Shown: positions 41,690 to 50,805 of the stretch, in pieces
Numbering within the stretch: position 1 is the first letter of the stretch
Layout: the number at the start of each line of letters is the position of its first letter
Source of the DNA: an uncultured Bacillaceae bacterium
GTDB taxonomy: Bacteria; Bacillota; Bacilli; Bacillales; Caldibacillaceae
Direction of reading: 5' to 3'
Assembly (NCBI GenBank): GCA_937983015.1
Contig: CALKAK010000126.1
Span: 77-64,076, forward strand
Length of the DNA: 64,000 bases
Made by a program: the position numbers and the translations under genes
The notes under the pieces: generated by a model
Databases searched by the model: none
Seen by the model: the letters and a program-made list of their open reading frames with translations, nothing else
Told to the model about the DNA's origin: nothing

Positions 41690-41702
41690 AGCCTTTCCTC
41701 CA

Positions 41703-42845
41703 TCATTCCTTCATATTGTTGAGTCGTTCTTCTTGACTGCCAATTTCCGTTATGCGAACACCGAAATTTTCATCGATGACGACAACTTCCCCACGGGCGA
41801 TCCGCCGGCGGTTGACGCAAATATCGACCGGCTCGCCAGCCAGTTTATCCAGTTCAATGATGGAACCAGGAGCAAGCTCCAGGATTTCCCTGACAAATTT
41901 TGTTGTCCTGCCCAATTCTACCGTTACTTGGAGCGGAATGTCGTAAAGCATTTCAAGATTTAGCGGTTTTTTTGCGACATCCCGCGTTTCGGTATCGAAA
42001 TGGGAAAAGACTGCAGGACGCACCTTTTCTTCCTGTTGTTTTGGTTCGTGCTGTTCATAATCCCGCGCGGTCTCCGTCCGGGGTGCTGATTCAATCCTTG
42101 TTGTCGTCGTTGTTGTTTCTGTATCGACAGCAACTTCCGCTTCGTCGATTTGTTCAGCAGTACGACCCGCGGTCCCTCGGTTCAGTTCCGAAAGCAAACT
42201 TTTCGCAAAAGAAATGGGGAGAATTTGCATGATTTGCGAATCGATCAGTTCTCCCACGGTTAATTCAAAGGAAACTTTTACGACCGGATCCTCTCCAGGT
42301 ATATTCTCAATCCCCACACCTTCCGGGATGTTGAGCATGTCAACTAAGGGTGGTGAAATCTCTACTCTCTTATCAAAAATCGTTGACATACTGGTAGCTG
42401 CCGAACCCATCATTTGATTCATCGCTTCCTGGAGGGCGGAAAGATGCAACTCGGTTAACTCGACCTGTTCCGGTTTTCCGTCGCCCCCCATCATCAAATC
42501 GGCGATCACCAGTGCATCGTACTCATTGATAATTAGCAAATTGGACCCGGAAAATCCTTTTGTGTAATCGACAACTACGGCCACATAGGGTTTGGGAAAT
42601 TCATCTTCTAGTTTATTACGGGGTAAGACTTTCACATTCGGTGTCGTGATTTTTACTTTTTGATTTAATAATTGAGACAGAGCCGTTGCCGAGTTGCCGA
42701 TCGAAATATTTCCGATTTCCCCCAGTGTATCCTTTTCTAGATCCGTGAAATATACTTCTTCATTATTTTCATTTTCATCCAGATTGACGGTTTCATCCAG
42801 TAAAGCATCGATTTCCTCCTGGGAGAGCTTTCCATTATCCTTCAT
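41703..42845 (-). CDS. fliY: Flagellar motor switch protein FliY (CheC-like plus FliN/SpoA domains)
   Basis: The start was set at the ATG at 42845 (MKDNGKLSQEEIDALL), preceded by GGGGGAAGAGG. It has a CheC-like repeat and a C-terminal FliN domain. Confidence 0.93.
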   Translation of the reverse strand: MKDNGKLSQEEIDALLDETVNLDENENNEEVYFTDLEKDTLGEIGNISIGNSATALSQLLNQKVKITTPNVKVLPRNKLEDEFPKPYVAVVVDYTKGFSGSNLLIINEYDALVIADLMMGGDGKPEQVELTELHLSALQEAMNQMMGSAATSMSTIFDKRVEISPPLVDMLNIPEGVGIENIPGEDPVVKVSFELTVGELIDSQIMQILPISFAKSLLSELNRGTAGRTAEQIDEAEVAVDTETTTTTTRIESAPRTETARDYEQHEPKQQEEKVRPAVFSHFDTETRDVAKKPLNLEMLYDIPLQVTVELGRTTKFVREILELAPGSIIELDKLAGEPVDICVNRRRIARGEVVVIDENFGVRITEIGSQEERLNNMKE

Positions 42846-43833
42846 CCTCTTCCCCCTCTCGGTATACATCCAAAATTTGCAGGGCTATTTTGTCGCGGAA
42901 AATCCCCGGTTGAGCTAGGAATTTTGGTTTATCGCCAATTTTGAGCAGGATCGGTTGGTCGATGGGTTGGTCAAGTTTGATCGAGTCGCCAACAGTTAAA
43001 TTTAAAAATTCTTCAACGGTGATTTGCGACCTTCCCAGTTCAGCAACCAGTGGTAATTTCCCCTGCTTGATTTTTTCTTCCACATATGGGTACTTTTTCT
43101 TCTTTTCTTCTTTCTCCGTATGCATCCAGTAAGAAGCCGATAATTTCTGGATGATCGGTTCTAAAACCATATGGGGAATGCAGATATTGATCATTCCACT
43201 TGCTTCCCCGATCGCCGCGTTTAAGGAAATGACAACCACCGTTTCATTCGGAGAAACCATTTGTAAAAATTGCGGATTGACCTCGAAACCCGTTAATATC
43301 GGTTCGATGTCAACGATCGTTTCCCAGGCATCCTTTAAATGGTTGAAAGCATCGGAAAACAGATTCGTCATGATTTTTGACTCGATATCGGTCAACTGAT
43401 CGATTTTATTCAAGCTTGTCCCCTCGCCACCTAATACGCGGTCAAGCATGGCGTAAGCGATATTCGGATTGATCTCGATCAAGATCTGCCCTTCTAAAGG
43501 TTTCAGCTCATAAAGATAAATGATGGTCATTTTCGGTATCGAGCGGATAAACTCCTCATACGGTATTTGATCGGAGGTTGCCACATTTATTTGTACATAG
43601 GTGCGCAACTTTCCAGAAAAATACGTCGTTAACAGGCGGGCAAGGTTTTCATGGACGCGTGTTAAGGTGCGGATTTGATCCTTAGAAAAACGGAGCGCCC
43701 GTTTGAAATCGTAAGTTTTTACTTTTTTCTCTTCTTCATCCTTCATGATTTCTTCCGGACTTACCTCACCTGTTGATAATGCCGATAGCAGGGCATCGAT
43801 CTCGCTTTGCGATAGAATTTCTTCTGATGCCAA
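42835..43833 (-). CDS. fliM: Flagellar motor switch protein FliM
   Basis: 332 aa with the N-terminal CheY-P binding motif LSQSEIDALL. Confidence 0.96.
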   Translation of the reverse strand: MASEEILSQSEIDALLSALSTGEVSPEEIMKDEEEKKVKTYDFKRALRFSKDQIRTLTRVHENLARLLTTYFSGKLRTYVQINVATSDQIPYEEFIRSIPKMTIIYLYELKPLEGQILIEINPNIAYAMLDRVLGGEGTSLNKIDQLTDIESKIMTNLFSDAFNHLKDAWETIVDIEPILTGFEVNPQFLQMVSPNETVVVISLNAAIGEASGMINICIPHMVLEPIIQKLSASYWMHTEKEEKKKKYPYVEEKIKQGKLPLVAELGRSQITVEEFLNLTVGDSIKLDQPIDQPILLKIGDKPKFLAQPGIFRDKIALQILDVYREGEEDEG

Positions 43834-43889
43834 ACAATCACCTCCCGCCCATACACCCGAGTAGTCAAAGAAATTTAAGGGTTATTTTG

Positions 43890-44309
43890 TTATTGAATGA
43901 CTATAGAAGTGATATACACTTTAACAACTTTTCCCCTGGGCAAAACTTCATTGATCTGTTCTTTCAAATCATTTTCCAAACGGGTTTTTCCTTCGAGCCC
44001 TTCGAGTTCTTCACTTTCCAGGTTGGATAGATGTTTAATAATAATATTGTTCACCCGAAAATCGAGTTTCTCCAACTCGCTTTTTGTTTCCTCGCTATCG
44101 GTCTCAATTGTAAAAGAAACGCGGATATATTCATCCCCCAGCAAATTGGTTACGATTTCCGGGATCTCCAGAGAACTTTCAACAATTTCATCTACCGTCG
44201 GACCATTGACCGCTTCAGCTTGATGATTCAAATAGTAAAAATACGCAAAAGCAATGGCCCCAACAGATATCATGAGAAAAATAATGAATGTAAGCAATTT
44301 ACTTCTCAT
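43890..44309 (-). CDS. fliL: Flagellar basal-body-associated protein FliL
   Basis: 139 aa with a single N-terminal TM and a FliL domain. Located upstream of fliM. Confidence 0.88.
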   Translation of the reverse strand: MRSKLLTFIIFLMISVGAIAFAYFYYLNHQAEAVNGPTVDEIVESSLEIPEIVTNLLGDEYIRVSFTIETDSEETKSELEKLDFRVNNIIIKHLSNLESEELEGLEGKTRLENDLKEQINEVLPRGKVVKVYITSIVIQ

Positions 44310-44517
44310 GGTTCGTCACCTGTTGTTTCGTTGATAAAATCTGGATCTCTTTGTAAAATTCCTTAATCAAACGGATCAGTTCTTTATCACTTTCTCTAAC
44401 AACGTACGTTTTGCCATTCGTTAAACGAATCGTCGTATCAGGAACGGCCTCCACGGTCTCAATATATAAGGCATTGATATAAAAAGGCTGGCCATTCAAT
44501 CTCGTAACCTGAATCAT
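44299..44517 (-). CDS. flbD: Flagellar protein FlbD
   Basis: 72 aa, MIQVTRLNGQPFYINALYIETVEA...TNGKTYVVRES, FlbD family (ylzI in B. subtilis). Confidence 0.88.
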   Translation of the reverse strand: MIQVTRLNGQPFYINALYIETVEAVPDTTIRLTNGKTYVVRESDKELIRLIKEFYKEIQILSTKQQVTNHEK

Positions 44518-44596
44518 CGCACTCTTCCAAATATGGGAAGATTCCCCTCCTTATATAAGGTGAAGGGGATGGGAATCCCCTTCCTTTAACTAGTTA

Positions 44597-45433
44597 TTAT
44601 CTTTTTAAGTTTACGAGCTCTTGAAGAATTTCATCTGAAGTGGTGATGATCCGTGCATTGGATTGGAAAGAGCGTTGGGCTACAATCATTTCCGTGAATT
44701 CCTCGGTCAGATCCACATTGGACATTTCTAATTTACCGCTGTTGATCGTGCCGTAAGTGCCCCCAGCAGCAACATATTCGGGTGCACCAGAGTTCTGTGA
44801 TTCGACAAACAAGTTACCTCCGACCTTCGATAAACCTTCAGGATTATTAAAAATCGCTAAAGTTATCCTTTGACTATCATCTACACTTCCATCGCTTTTC
44901 TGAATGATTACACGACCATCAGGTGCAATACTAAATCCAGCGAAATCGTCATCGATCTCTATTCTTATTGGAGCACCAGGTTGATCCGGGTTAGAATCAT
45001 CATAACCGCGTACTAGATAACCATCGGCGGTTACAAGATAACCATCATTATCCAGGTAAAAATTGCCGGCTCGGGTATAGTAAATTTGCTCCCCATCACT
45101 TACGACAAAATAGCTATTACCGCCGGAAATAGCAAGATCAAGAATGCGCCCCGTCGTTTGGATGCTCCCTTCTGTGAAAACCGTATCGATGGAACCGATT
45201 TCCATTCCGAGTCCTACTTGAATCGGGTTCGTTCCTCCCCGTTGACGAGTTCCTGCAGTTATTTCCGTCCCTTCAGATGCGGTAGCGATTGTCTGGCTGA
45301 TCGCATCCTTAAATGTGATCCGACTTTTCTTATATCCATAAGTGTTAACATTGGCAATATTATTGGCGATCACGTCCAGTTTCGTTTGAAAATTTTTTAA
45401 TCCACTGATTCCGGAATACATGGAACGTAACAT
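44597..45433 (-). CDS. flgE: Flagellar hook protein FlgE
   Basis: The start was set at the ATG at 45433 (MLRSMYSGISGLKNFQTKLDVIANNIANVNT). It has the C-terminal rod/hook motif ...EMIVAQRSFQSNARIITTSDEILQELVNLKR. Confidence 0.92.
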   Translation of the reverse strand: MLRSMYSGISGLKNFQTKLDVIANNIANVNTYGYKKSRITFKDAISQTIATASEGTEITAGTRQRGGTNPIQVGLGMEIGSIDTVFTEGSIQTTGRILDLAISGGNSYFVVSDGEQIYYTRAGNFYLDNDGYLVTADGYLVRGYDDSNPDQPGAPIRIEIDDDFAGFSIAPDGRVIIQKSDGSVDDSQRITLAIFNNPEGLSKVGGNLFVESQNSGAPEYVAAGGTYGTINSGKLEMSNVDLTEEFTEMIVAQRSFQSNARIITTSDEILQELVNLKR

Positions 45434-45526
45434 GAACCATTCTCCTTTCAAAGATTTTTATCAACCGTTCTTTTCTTCACCCGCTTCTGTCGTTCCACGG
45501 GTACGCTCTCCTGTCAAGGTCCAGCG

Positions 45527-45916
45527 TTAATCGATCACAATAGTTCCATTGATATTTGTGAATATTTGCGAACCCGCTTCCTTACGATCCATGGCTGTAA
45601 TCACCGTTTTATTCTTTGTGCTGACGATCAGTGCGGCATCATCCAGCAATACGAGGGAATCGGTAACTCCCTTTTTCCTCGCTTCATCCACTTTTTGCGT
45701 AATCAACTGCCAGCGTAGATCATCGATAAAAATGTCTCTTTGGATGATTCTTTTATAGGCGTGTTTACTAATTTTCAAGCCTTCTTGCTGAATCGCCTCT
45801 TGTAAATGTTCGGTAAACTTCGCTTTTACCTGTTTATCCGTCGTTACCGGGCGTGATTGGGGACCCCCCGATCTAACCGCACCGACAGGAGGAACGTATT
45901 TTCCATGTATGGACAT
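45527..45916 (-). CDS. Flagellar operon protein of unknown function (resembles the TIGR02530 family found between flgD and flgE)
   Basis: 129-aa ORF between flgD and flgE. The family assignment is from memory of that family's typical position and size, not from a search. Confidence 0.65.
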   Translation of the reverse strand: MSIHGKYVPPVGAVRSGGPQSRPVTTDKQVKAKFTEHLQEAIQQEGLKISKHAYKRIIQRDIFIDDLRWQLITQKVDEARKKGVTDSLVLLDDAALIVSTKNKTVITAMDRKEAGSQIFTNINGTIVID

Positions 45917-45921
45917 TCCAT

Positions 45922-46581
45922 TTATCCCTCCTTATTGGCTGGTTTTGCCCTGGCAATCAAGATGAGGTCCTCTTCGTGTACAGTTGTTATGGAGTCACCT
46001 TGTAGCTGGAATTCAATCTTTCCATCTTTCATTAGAACTGCCTGGATCGTTCCGGAAATGAATTCGTCATCCCGTCTTGCTTCAACAAAATAGCCAATTA
46101 AACGGCTCGCACGAGCGAGTATGTGTTTTTCTTCATCGACTGCGGTTTTGATCTCTTTAATATTTACCATCTCAATTTCTGTGCCATCATCCAGAGTGAA
46201 AACAGGACCATTGTGAGAAACTTCGATACTAACGATTTTTCCCGTCCCGCTAAACGATTCCCCGGTTGTTTCGTCATATTTTTCCCAGGCAACTACTTTG
46301 CCGATTAAGTGACTATATTGTAGTAAATGATTTTCCAGAGCAATCCCCGAAATGAACTGGAGTGACTCGTTCATTCCCAACAATTGCTCCAGTGTCGTAA
46401 ACTGGGTAAGTTGTGCAATCATCTCTCTTTCATTGAGCGGGCTTAGCGGGTCCTGATTTTGCAACTCCACGAGTAGAAGTTTTAAAAAATCATCTTTACC
46501 AAGTACTTGTTTTGGTTCCCGGGGAGCTTGCAATGATGGCAAAAACCAGCTCGAATCGATCGTATTGGTCAAGGTCATCAC
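45922..46581 (-). CDS. flgD: Flagellar hook capping/assembly protein FlgD
   Basis: 219 aa with LGKDDFLKLLLVELQNQDPLSPL, the canonical FlgD N-terminal motif. It abuts the fliK stop. Confidence 0.93.
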   Translation of the reverse strand: MMTLTNTIDSSWFLPSLQAPREPKQVLGKDDFLKLLLVELQNQDPLSPLNEREMIAQLTQFTTLEQLLGMNESLQFISGIALENHLLQYSHLIGKVVAWEKYDETTGESFSGTGKIVSIEVSHNGPVFTLDDGTEIEMVNIKEIKTAVDEEKHILARASRLIGYFVEARRDDEFISGTIQAVLMKDGKIEFQLQGDSITTVHEEDLILIARAKPANKEG

Positions 46582-48432
46582 CTAAACTTCATAGTTTACT
46601 AGAAAACGTTCAAAGTCAGTCTGTACCTGGTTATGATCTTCTTTTTTGCTTTTTTCCCGGCGCTCCTCTCGATTGTGTCGTTCATCCTCACTTTTTCCTT
46701 CACGGGGAAGGAAATTCTCATCGAACTGCCCCATGTTTTCGATGGCAATCCGCTGTACCGGGATGTTCTGCTGGATAAAAGCATTGCGCAATGTAGCGAT
46801 ATGAGTTTCAAGTAGTTCTTTCGTCTGTTTTGATGAAGAAATGATTCTTGCGATTATTTCATCTTGCTGTTTGACAAGCTGAATTTTTAGTGTTCCAAGT
46901 TTTTCTGGGTACAAGCGAACCGTTAAACGTTGCGTCAACCCATTCTTTGAAAAATTTGCGCGTTGTAAAATGGCCTGGAACTGTTGGATTAAACGGTTAA
47001 AGGTAATTGGTCCTTCGCCTTCTTCTACATGATTCGTTCCGGTAACCAAGGAATGGTGAAACGAATGATGGAACGACTGTTTTTTCGCAAGAGAGAATTC
47101 TTCACCCTGAATTTTACTACGGTCGGGACCTTCTGCTTGCAGGGAATCTTTCGCATGAATAATCTTTTCTGAACTTCCGTTATTTACAGAAAAAGGTTCG
47201 CTTTTCTCCCCGCGGTTTAGGGACAAAAAACTACTGAACGGATTGGCACCTTCTTCTGACCGGTGCTGGAAAAAGTTGGATGGTCCCTGTGCAAGATTTT
47301 CCGGGAATGCCTGGTTTTTCGCTGAACCATTAAAGCGAAAATTGGAATTTCCTTCCACTTCCGTTTCCCCGGTCTCTGACAACAGACGTATAAAAATCTC
47401 TTTTAAGAGCACAAGCCTGTTATCAACAGCGGCGGATCGTTGTTGGAAATTCTTAATCAATGTAAGAATACTTTTTTCGAAGGTTGGGCTTAACCGATCT
47501 CCAGCCCTGAGTGACACAGAATGGAGCCATTCCCGAATTTTTGCTATATCACCGGTAATATGTGTTAACAAATGTTCTTGTTTTGAATTCATAGAGGATT
47601 CATTACGATTCGCATCGGCCAATTGTAATTCGTTTCCAGTAGGGGGAATAAGTTGTCTCCGTTCCACCCCGCCTTTTATTCCGTCACCACTATCTCCGTC
47701 AAGTATTCGTTTGTCCAGGATATGGATTTTCCCGGAGTCTATCTCGTTCAGCAAATTTTTTAACGCATATGCTCCCTGTATGTCTGCTGTATCATCGTTA
47801 GTTCGTACTGGTAAAAAGTTGTAATGTGGTGGCATGCGGTTATTTAGACCTGGAGAAACTCTTTCTCCTCCTCTTGAAGTCAGTGGCTGACCATTGTTCG
47901 CATCAACCATTGCTAGACTTTGCTCTTGCATTCGTCTCGCAAGTAGTCGCTTTTCATGATCGGCAAGTGATCTCATCGCCTCCCCGTTTACCGTTATACT
48001 AGTTGCTGGAAGACCTTGCCGTTCCGCTCCACTCACAACAATACCTGTTTCCAGCCAAAATTGGACGAGTTGATCGTAAAGTAGATGGGCCCATTCGGGT
48101 GATCGGTCCAGCGATCGTAGCATTTCCTTTTCATTTAAACCTTGATTATTTTTTTCTGATTCTGGAGGGGACGGTTCAATTTCACCATCCTTGATGGTCT
48201 GCGAATAAGGGATTTTGGCGATGAAATGCGAAAGAAAGCTCTCTCCTTTAATTTCTAAATTTTCCGGTTCTACTCCCTTACGAACAGCTTGTACAGGACG
48301 GGTTTCACCATTCTTGATCAATTCGGATACCATGGATGCTAATAATTCAGAAAAAACAGCGTTTCCTTGCGATACCGTTCGTGGATGACTCCCGACTAGC
48401 AAAGATTGTTTTTCCAGGAAACCGACCTTCAC
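46582..48432 (-). CDS. fliK: Flagellar hook-length control protein FliK
   Basis: The C-terminal FliK domain (...LTVRLYPEKLGTLKIQLVKQQDEIIARIISS...) follows a long, poorly conserved N-terminal region. The start was set at the GTG at 48432, preceded by AAAGGAGGTGA at 5 nt. The track's TTG at 48468 has no SD. Confidence 0.85.
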   Translation of the reverse strand: MKVGFLEKQSLLVGSHPRTVSQGNAVFSELLASMVSELIKNGETRPVQAVRKGVEPENLEIKGESFLSHFIAKIPYSQTIKDGEIEPSPPESEKNNQGLNEKEMLRSLDRSPEWAHLLYDQLVQFWLETGIVVSGAERQGLPATSITVNGEAMRSLADHEKRLLARRMQEQSLAMVDANNGQPLTSRGGERVSPGLNNRMPPHYNFLPVRTNDDTADIQGAYALKNLLNEIDSGKIHILDKRILDGDSGDGIKGGVERRQLIPPTGNELQLADANRNESSMNSKQEHLLTHITGDIAKIREWLHSVSLRAGDRLSPTFEKSILTLIKNFQQRSAAVDNRLVLLKEIFIRLLSETGETEVEGNSNFRFNGSAKNQAFPENLAQGPSNFFQHRSEEGANPFSSFLSLNRGEKSEPFSVNNGSSEKIIHAKDSLQAEGPDRSKIQGEEFSLAKKQSFHHSFHHSLVTGTNHVEEGEGPITFNRLIQQFQAILQRANFSKNGLTQRLTVRLYPEKLGTLKIQLVKQQDEIIARIISSSKQTKELLETHIATLRNAFIQQNIPVQRIAIENMGQFDENFLPREGKSEDERHNREERREKSKKEDHNQVQTDFERFLVNYEV

Positions 48433-48464
48433 AGTTTCACCTCCTTTCAAGGAATCTTCCTTCG

Positions 48465-49043
48465 TCAATCTCTAGTATTACGAGCGAGTTTGGCAGTATA
48501 GTTAGCCGCATCTTCCGGGGGCATATTTTCCAGGATTTCTGCCAACGTTTCTTCGTCTAAGGAAGCTAAAATATCCAGAGCGATTTCTTCCTCAAGTTGC
48601 ACGATGATTGTGGCAGCACGTTTCGGTTTCATCTCCAGAAATGTGTTTACTAGCGTTTGACCATTTTCGGATTCTCTTACCTCTTGTCTTCCCTCCGCAT
48701 CTAGCTCCTGTTCACGTTCTTCAATTTGACGAGTAAGTTCGTCTATTTCCAAATCCTTTTCTTCCAGTTGTTGCTGGAGTTGTTCATTTCGAGCTTTTTC
48801 TTGTTCCAATTTTGCTTCTACTTGTGCTAAACGCTCGCGAAAATACTCATTCTCTCCCTTTAACTCGGCGACCTGATCTCTTTTTTCCAAGTAATCCCTT
48901 GCCGCATCAAAAATATTAACCTGGAAAATCAATCCGTATAAAAATACGAACATGAGAGCGAAAAGGAGTGGAATAATGACGATATATGCGAGCATGCGCA
49001 GTAATTTTCTGCGGACCTTCCCTTCTTCTCGTTGTGCTGCCAA
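48465..49043 (-). CDS. ylxF: YlxF-like flagellar operon protein (MgtE-N/MotE-like domain)
   Basis: 192 aa with an N-terminal TM, a coiled coil and a C-terminal helical repeat (...IVQLEEEIALDILASLDEETLAEILENMPPEDAA...). Located between fliJ and fliK. Confidence 0.75.
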   Translation of the reverse strand: MAAQREEGKVRRKLLRMLAYIVIIPLLFALMFVFLYGLIFQVNIFDAARDYLEKRDQVAELKGENEYFRERLAQVEAKLEQEKARNEQLQQQLEEKDLEIDELTRQIEEREQELDAEGRQEVRESENGQTLVNTFLEMKPKRAATIIVQLEEEIALDILASLDEETLAEILENMPPEDAANYTAKLARNTRD

Positions 49044-49045
49044 TT

Positions 49046-49489
49046 TTATTTCCCCCTCGCGGCTACTTGCATTGCCAGTTCATCCATAAACTTGCGATCT
49101 TCTTGATTTACGAACTCGAGAAATTTGGCAAACTCTTTTTCTTTTATTTTTTCATACTTTTTCACTTCGATGTTTTTTTGCACCAATTTTTGCTGTTCGA
49201 ATTGCATTTTTTGCCGCGCTATGAGAATCTTCTCTTGCAATTCGTCGATTTCTTTCTGCAGATTATCTAAAAAATCTTGTTGCAAGCGGATTTCCCGAAT
49301 CGCAAGACCTTCTCGTATTTTGCGAACCTGCTTGCGTTCCAAATCCTCTTTTTTCTTTAAAAGAAGATATAATTGGCGAGCGACAGCTTCAAAATGACGA
49401 ACAGCATTTTCATAGGCGATCAATTGCAAATCCTTTTCCCGTTCACGTAAATCAAGAATTTTTTCAAATTTATATTGGAACTTCATCAA
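49046..49489 (-). CDS. fliJ: Flagellar export chaperone/stalk protein FliJ
   Basis: 147 aa, all coiled coil; downstream of fliI. Confidence 0.88.
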   Translation of the reverse strand: MMKFQYKFEKILDLREREKDLQLIAYENAVRHFEAVARQLYLLLKKKEDLERKQVRKIREGLAIREIRLQQDFLDNLQKEIDELQEKILIARQKMQFEQQKLVQKNIEVKKYEKIKEKEFAKFLEFVNQEDRKFMDELAMQVAARGK

Positions 49490-50805
49490 CTTCCACCCGC
49501 AAACAATTGTTGTAACGCCTCGATGCTCTCTGCCATCGTCGCTTTTTCATCAATGCGCTGTTTTAAGAAGGCCGTAATTTTCGGATAATACCGAATCGCC
49601 TCATCAATTTCACGCGAGGAACCGCGTTTGTAAGCGCCAATGTTGATCAGATCTTCGGAATCCGTATACGTACTTAACAATTCCCGTAATTTCTCAGCAT
49701 GGCGTAAATGTTCTTCCGACGCCAGTTCAGTCATCAACCGGCTAATACTGCGTAAAATATTGATCGCCGGGTAATGACCCTTATTGGCGAGATTACGATC
49801 GAGAACGATATGACCATCTAGGATCCCCCGCACCGTATCGGCGATCGGTTCATTAAAATCATCGCCATCAACGAGGACGGTATAAATCGCCGTGATCGTT
49901 CCCCGTTCGTTCGTACCCGAACGTTCAAGAAGTCGGGGTAACAAGGAAAAGACCGATGGAGTGTATCCTTTTGTTGCCGGTGGTTCTCCTGTCGCCAGCC
50001 CCACCTCTCGTTGTGCCAACGCGATCCTCGTGACCGAATCCATCATCAATAACACATCCAGCCCTTGATCGCGGAAATATTCAGCAATCGCTGTGGCTGT
50101 AAAGGCACCCTTTATTCGCATCAAAGCGGGCTGATCGCTTGTCGCGGCAACAACGATCGAACGCTTGAGACCTTCTTCTCCAAGATCCCTTTCGATGAAC
50201 TCACGCACTTCCCGCCCCCGTTCGCCGACAAGACCGATTACATTGATATCAGCCTTCGTGTTTCTTGCAATCATACCGAGTAAAGTACTTTTACCAACAC
50301 CACTTCCAGCGAATATCCCCATACGTTGGCCCTTGCCGATCGTGAGCAAACTATCAATTGCCCGTACCCCAACTTCCAATGGCTCCCGGATCGGTGGACG
50401 TTTTAACGGGTTTGGGGGATTATTTTCTGTTGGCCAGGGTTGTAAATTAGCCGGCAGTGGCGAGCCATCGAGCGGTTGGCCCAGGGAATCCAATACTTTT
50501 CCTACAATAGCCGGCCCCACTTTAATCTCTAATGATTTTCCCGTCGATTCAACCAACCACCCTGGCGCAATATCATGAACAGATGAATAGGGCATGATCA
50601 TGACAATTTCATCGCGGAAACCGACAACTTCACCAATTATGTAGTTATCAGGATCTCCGGACTCTGGATAAAGTTTACAAATATCACCGATCGAACATTG
50701 CGGACCGATGGACTCGATCATGATCCCGACAACTTGTTTTACTTTGCCAAGGCGACGATAAGTATCTATTGTCGGAATTTTTTGGATGATGTCATGAAGT
50801 TGCAT
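49486..50805 (-). CDS. fliI: Flagellum-specific ATPase FliI
   Basis: Walker A GSGVGKST. The start was set at the ATG at 50805 (MQLHDIIQKIP), preceded by GAGGGA. Confidence 0.96.
   Translation of the reverse strand: MQLHDIIQKIPTIDTYRRLGKVKQVVGIMIESIGPQCSIGDICKLYPESGDPDNYIIGEVVGFRDEIVMIMPYSSVHDIAPGWLVESTGKSLEIKVGPAIVGKVLDSLGQPLDGSPLPANLQPWPTENNPPNPLKRPPIREPLEVGVRAIDSLLTIGKGQRMGIFAGSGVGKSTLLGMIARNTKADINVIGLVGERGREVREFIERDLGEEGLKRSIVVAATSDQPALMRIKGAFTATAIAEYFRDQGLDVLLMMDSVTRIALAQREVGLATGEPPATKGYTPSVFSLLPRLLERSGTNERGTITAIYTVLVDGDDFNEPIADTVRGILDGHIVLDRNLANKGHYPAINILRSISRLMTELASEEHLRHAEKLRELLSTYTDSEDLINIGAYKRGSSREIDEAIRYYPKITAFLKQRIDEKATMAESIEALQQLFAGGS

Noticed and set aside
41379-41963. Long plus-strand ORFs: 194 aa here, plus 47243-47824 (193 aa), 63405-63944 (179 aa), 8385-8879 (164 aa), 5039-5515 (158 aa), 11075-11521 (148 aa) and 3259-3684 (141 aa).
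   Set aside because: Each lies entirely antisense to a well-supported minus-strand gene (cheY/fliY, fliK, sucD, truB/rbfA, pnp, infB, ylxY). Each has a low-complexity or odd composition (F/S/R/L-rich), no SD sequence and no recognisable family. They are classic shadow ORFs.
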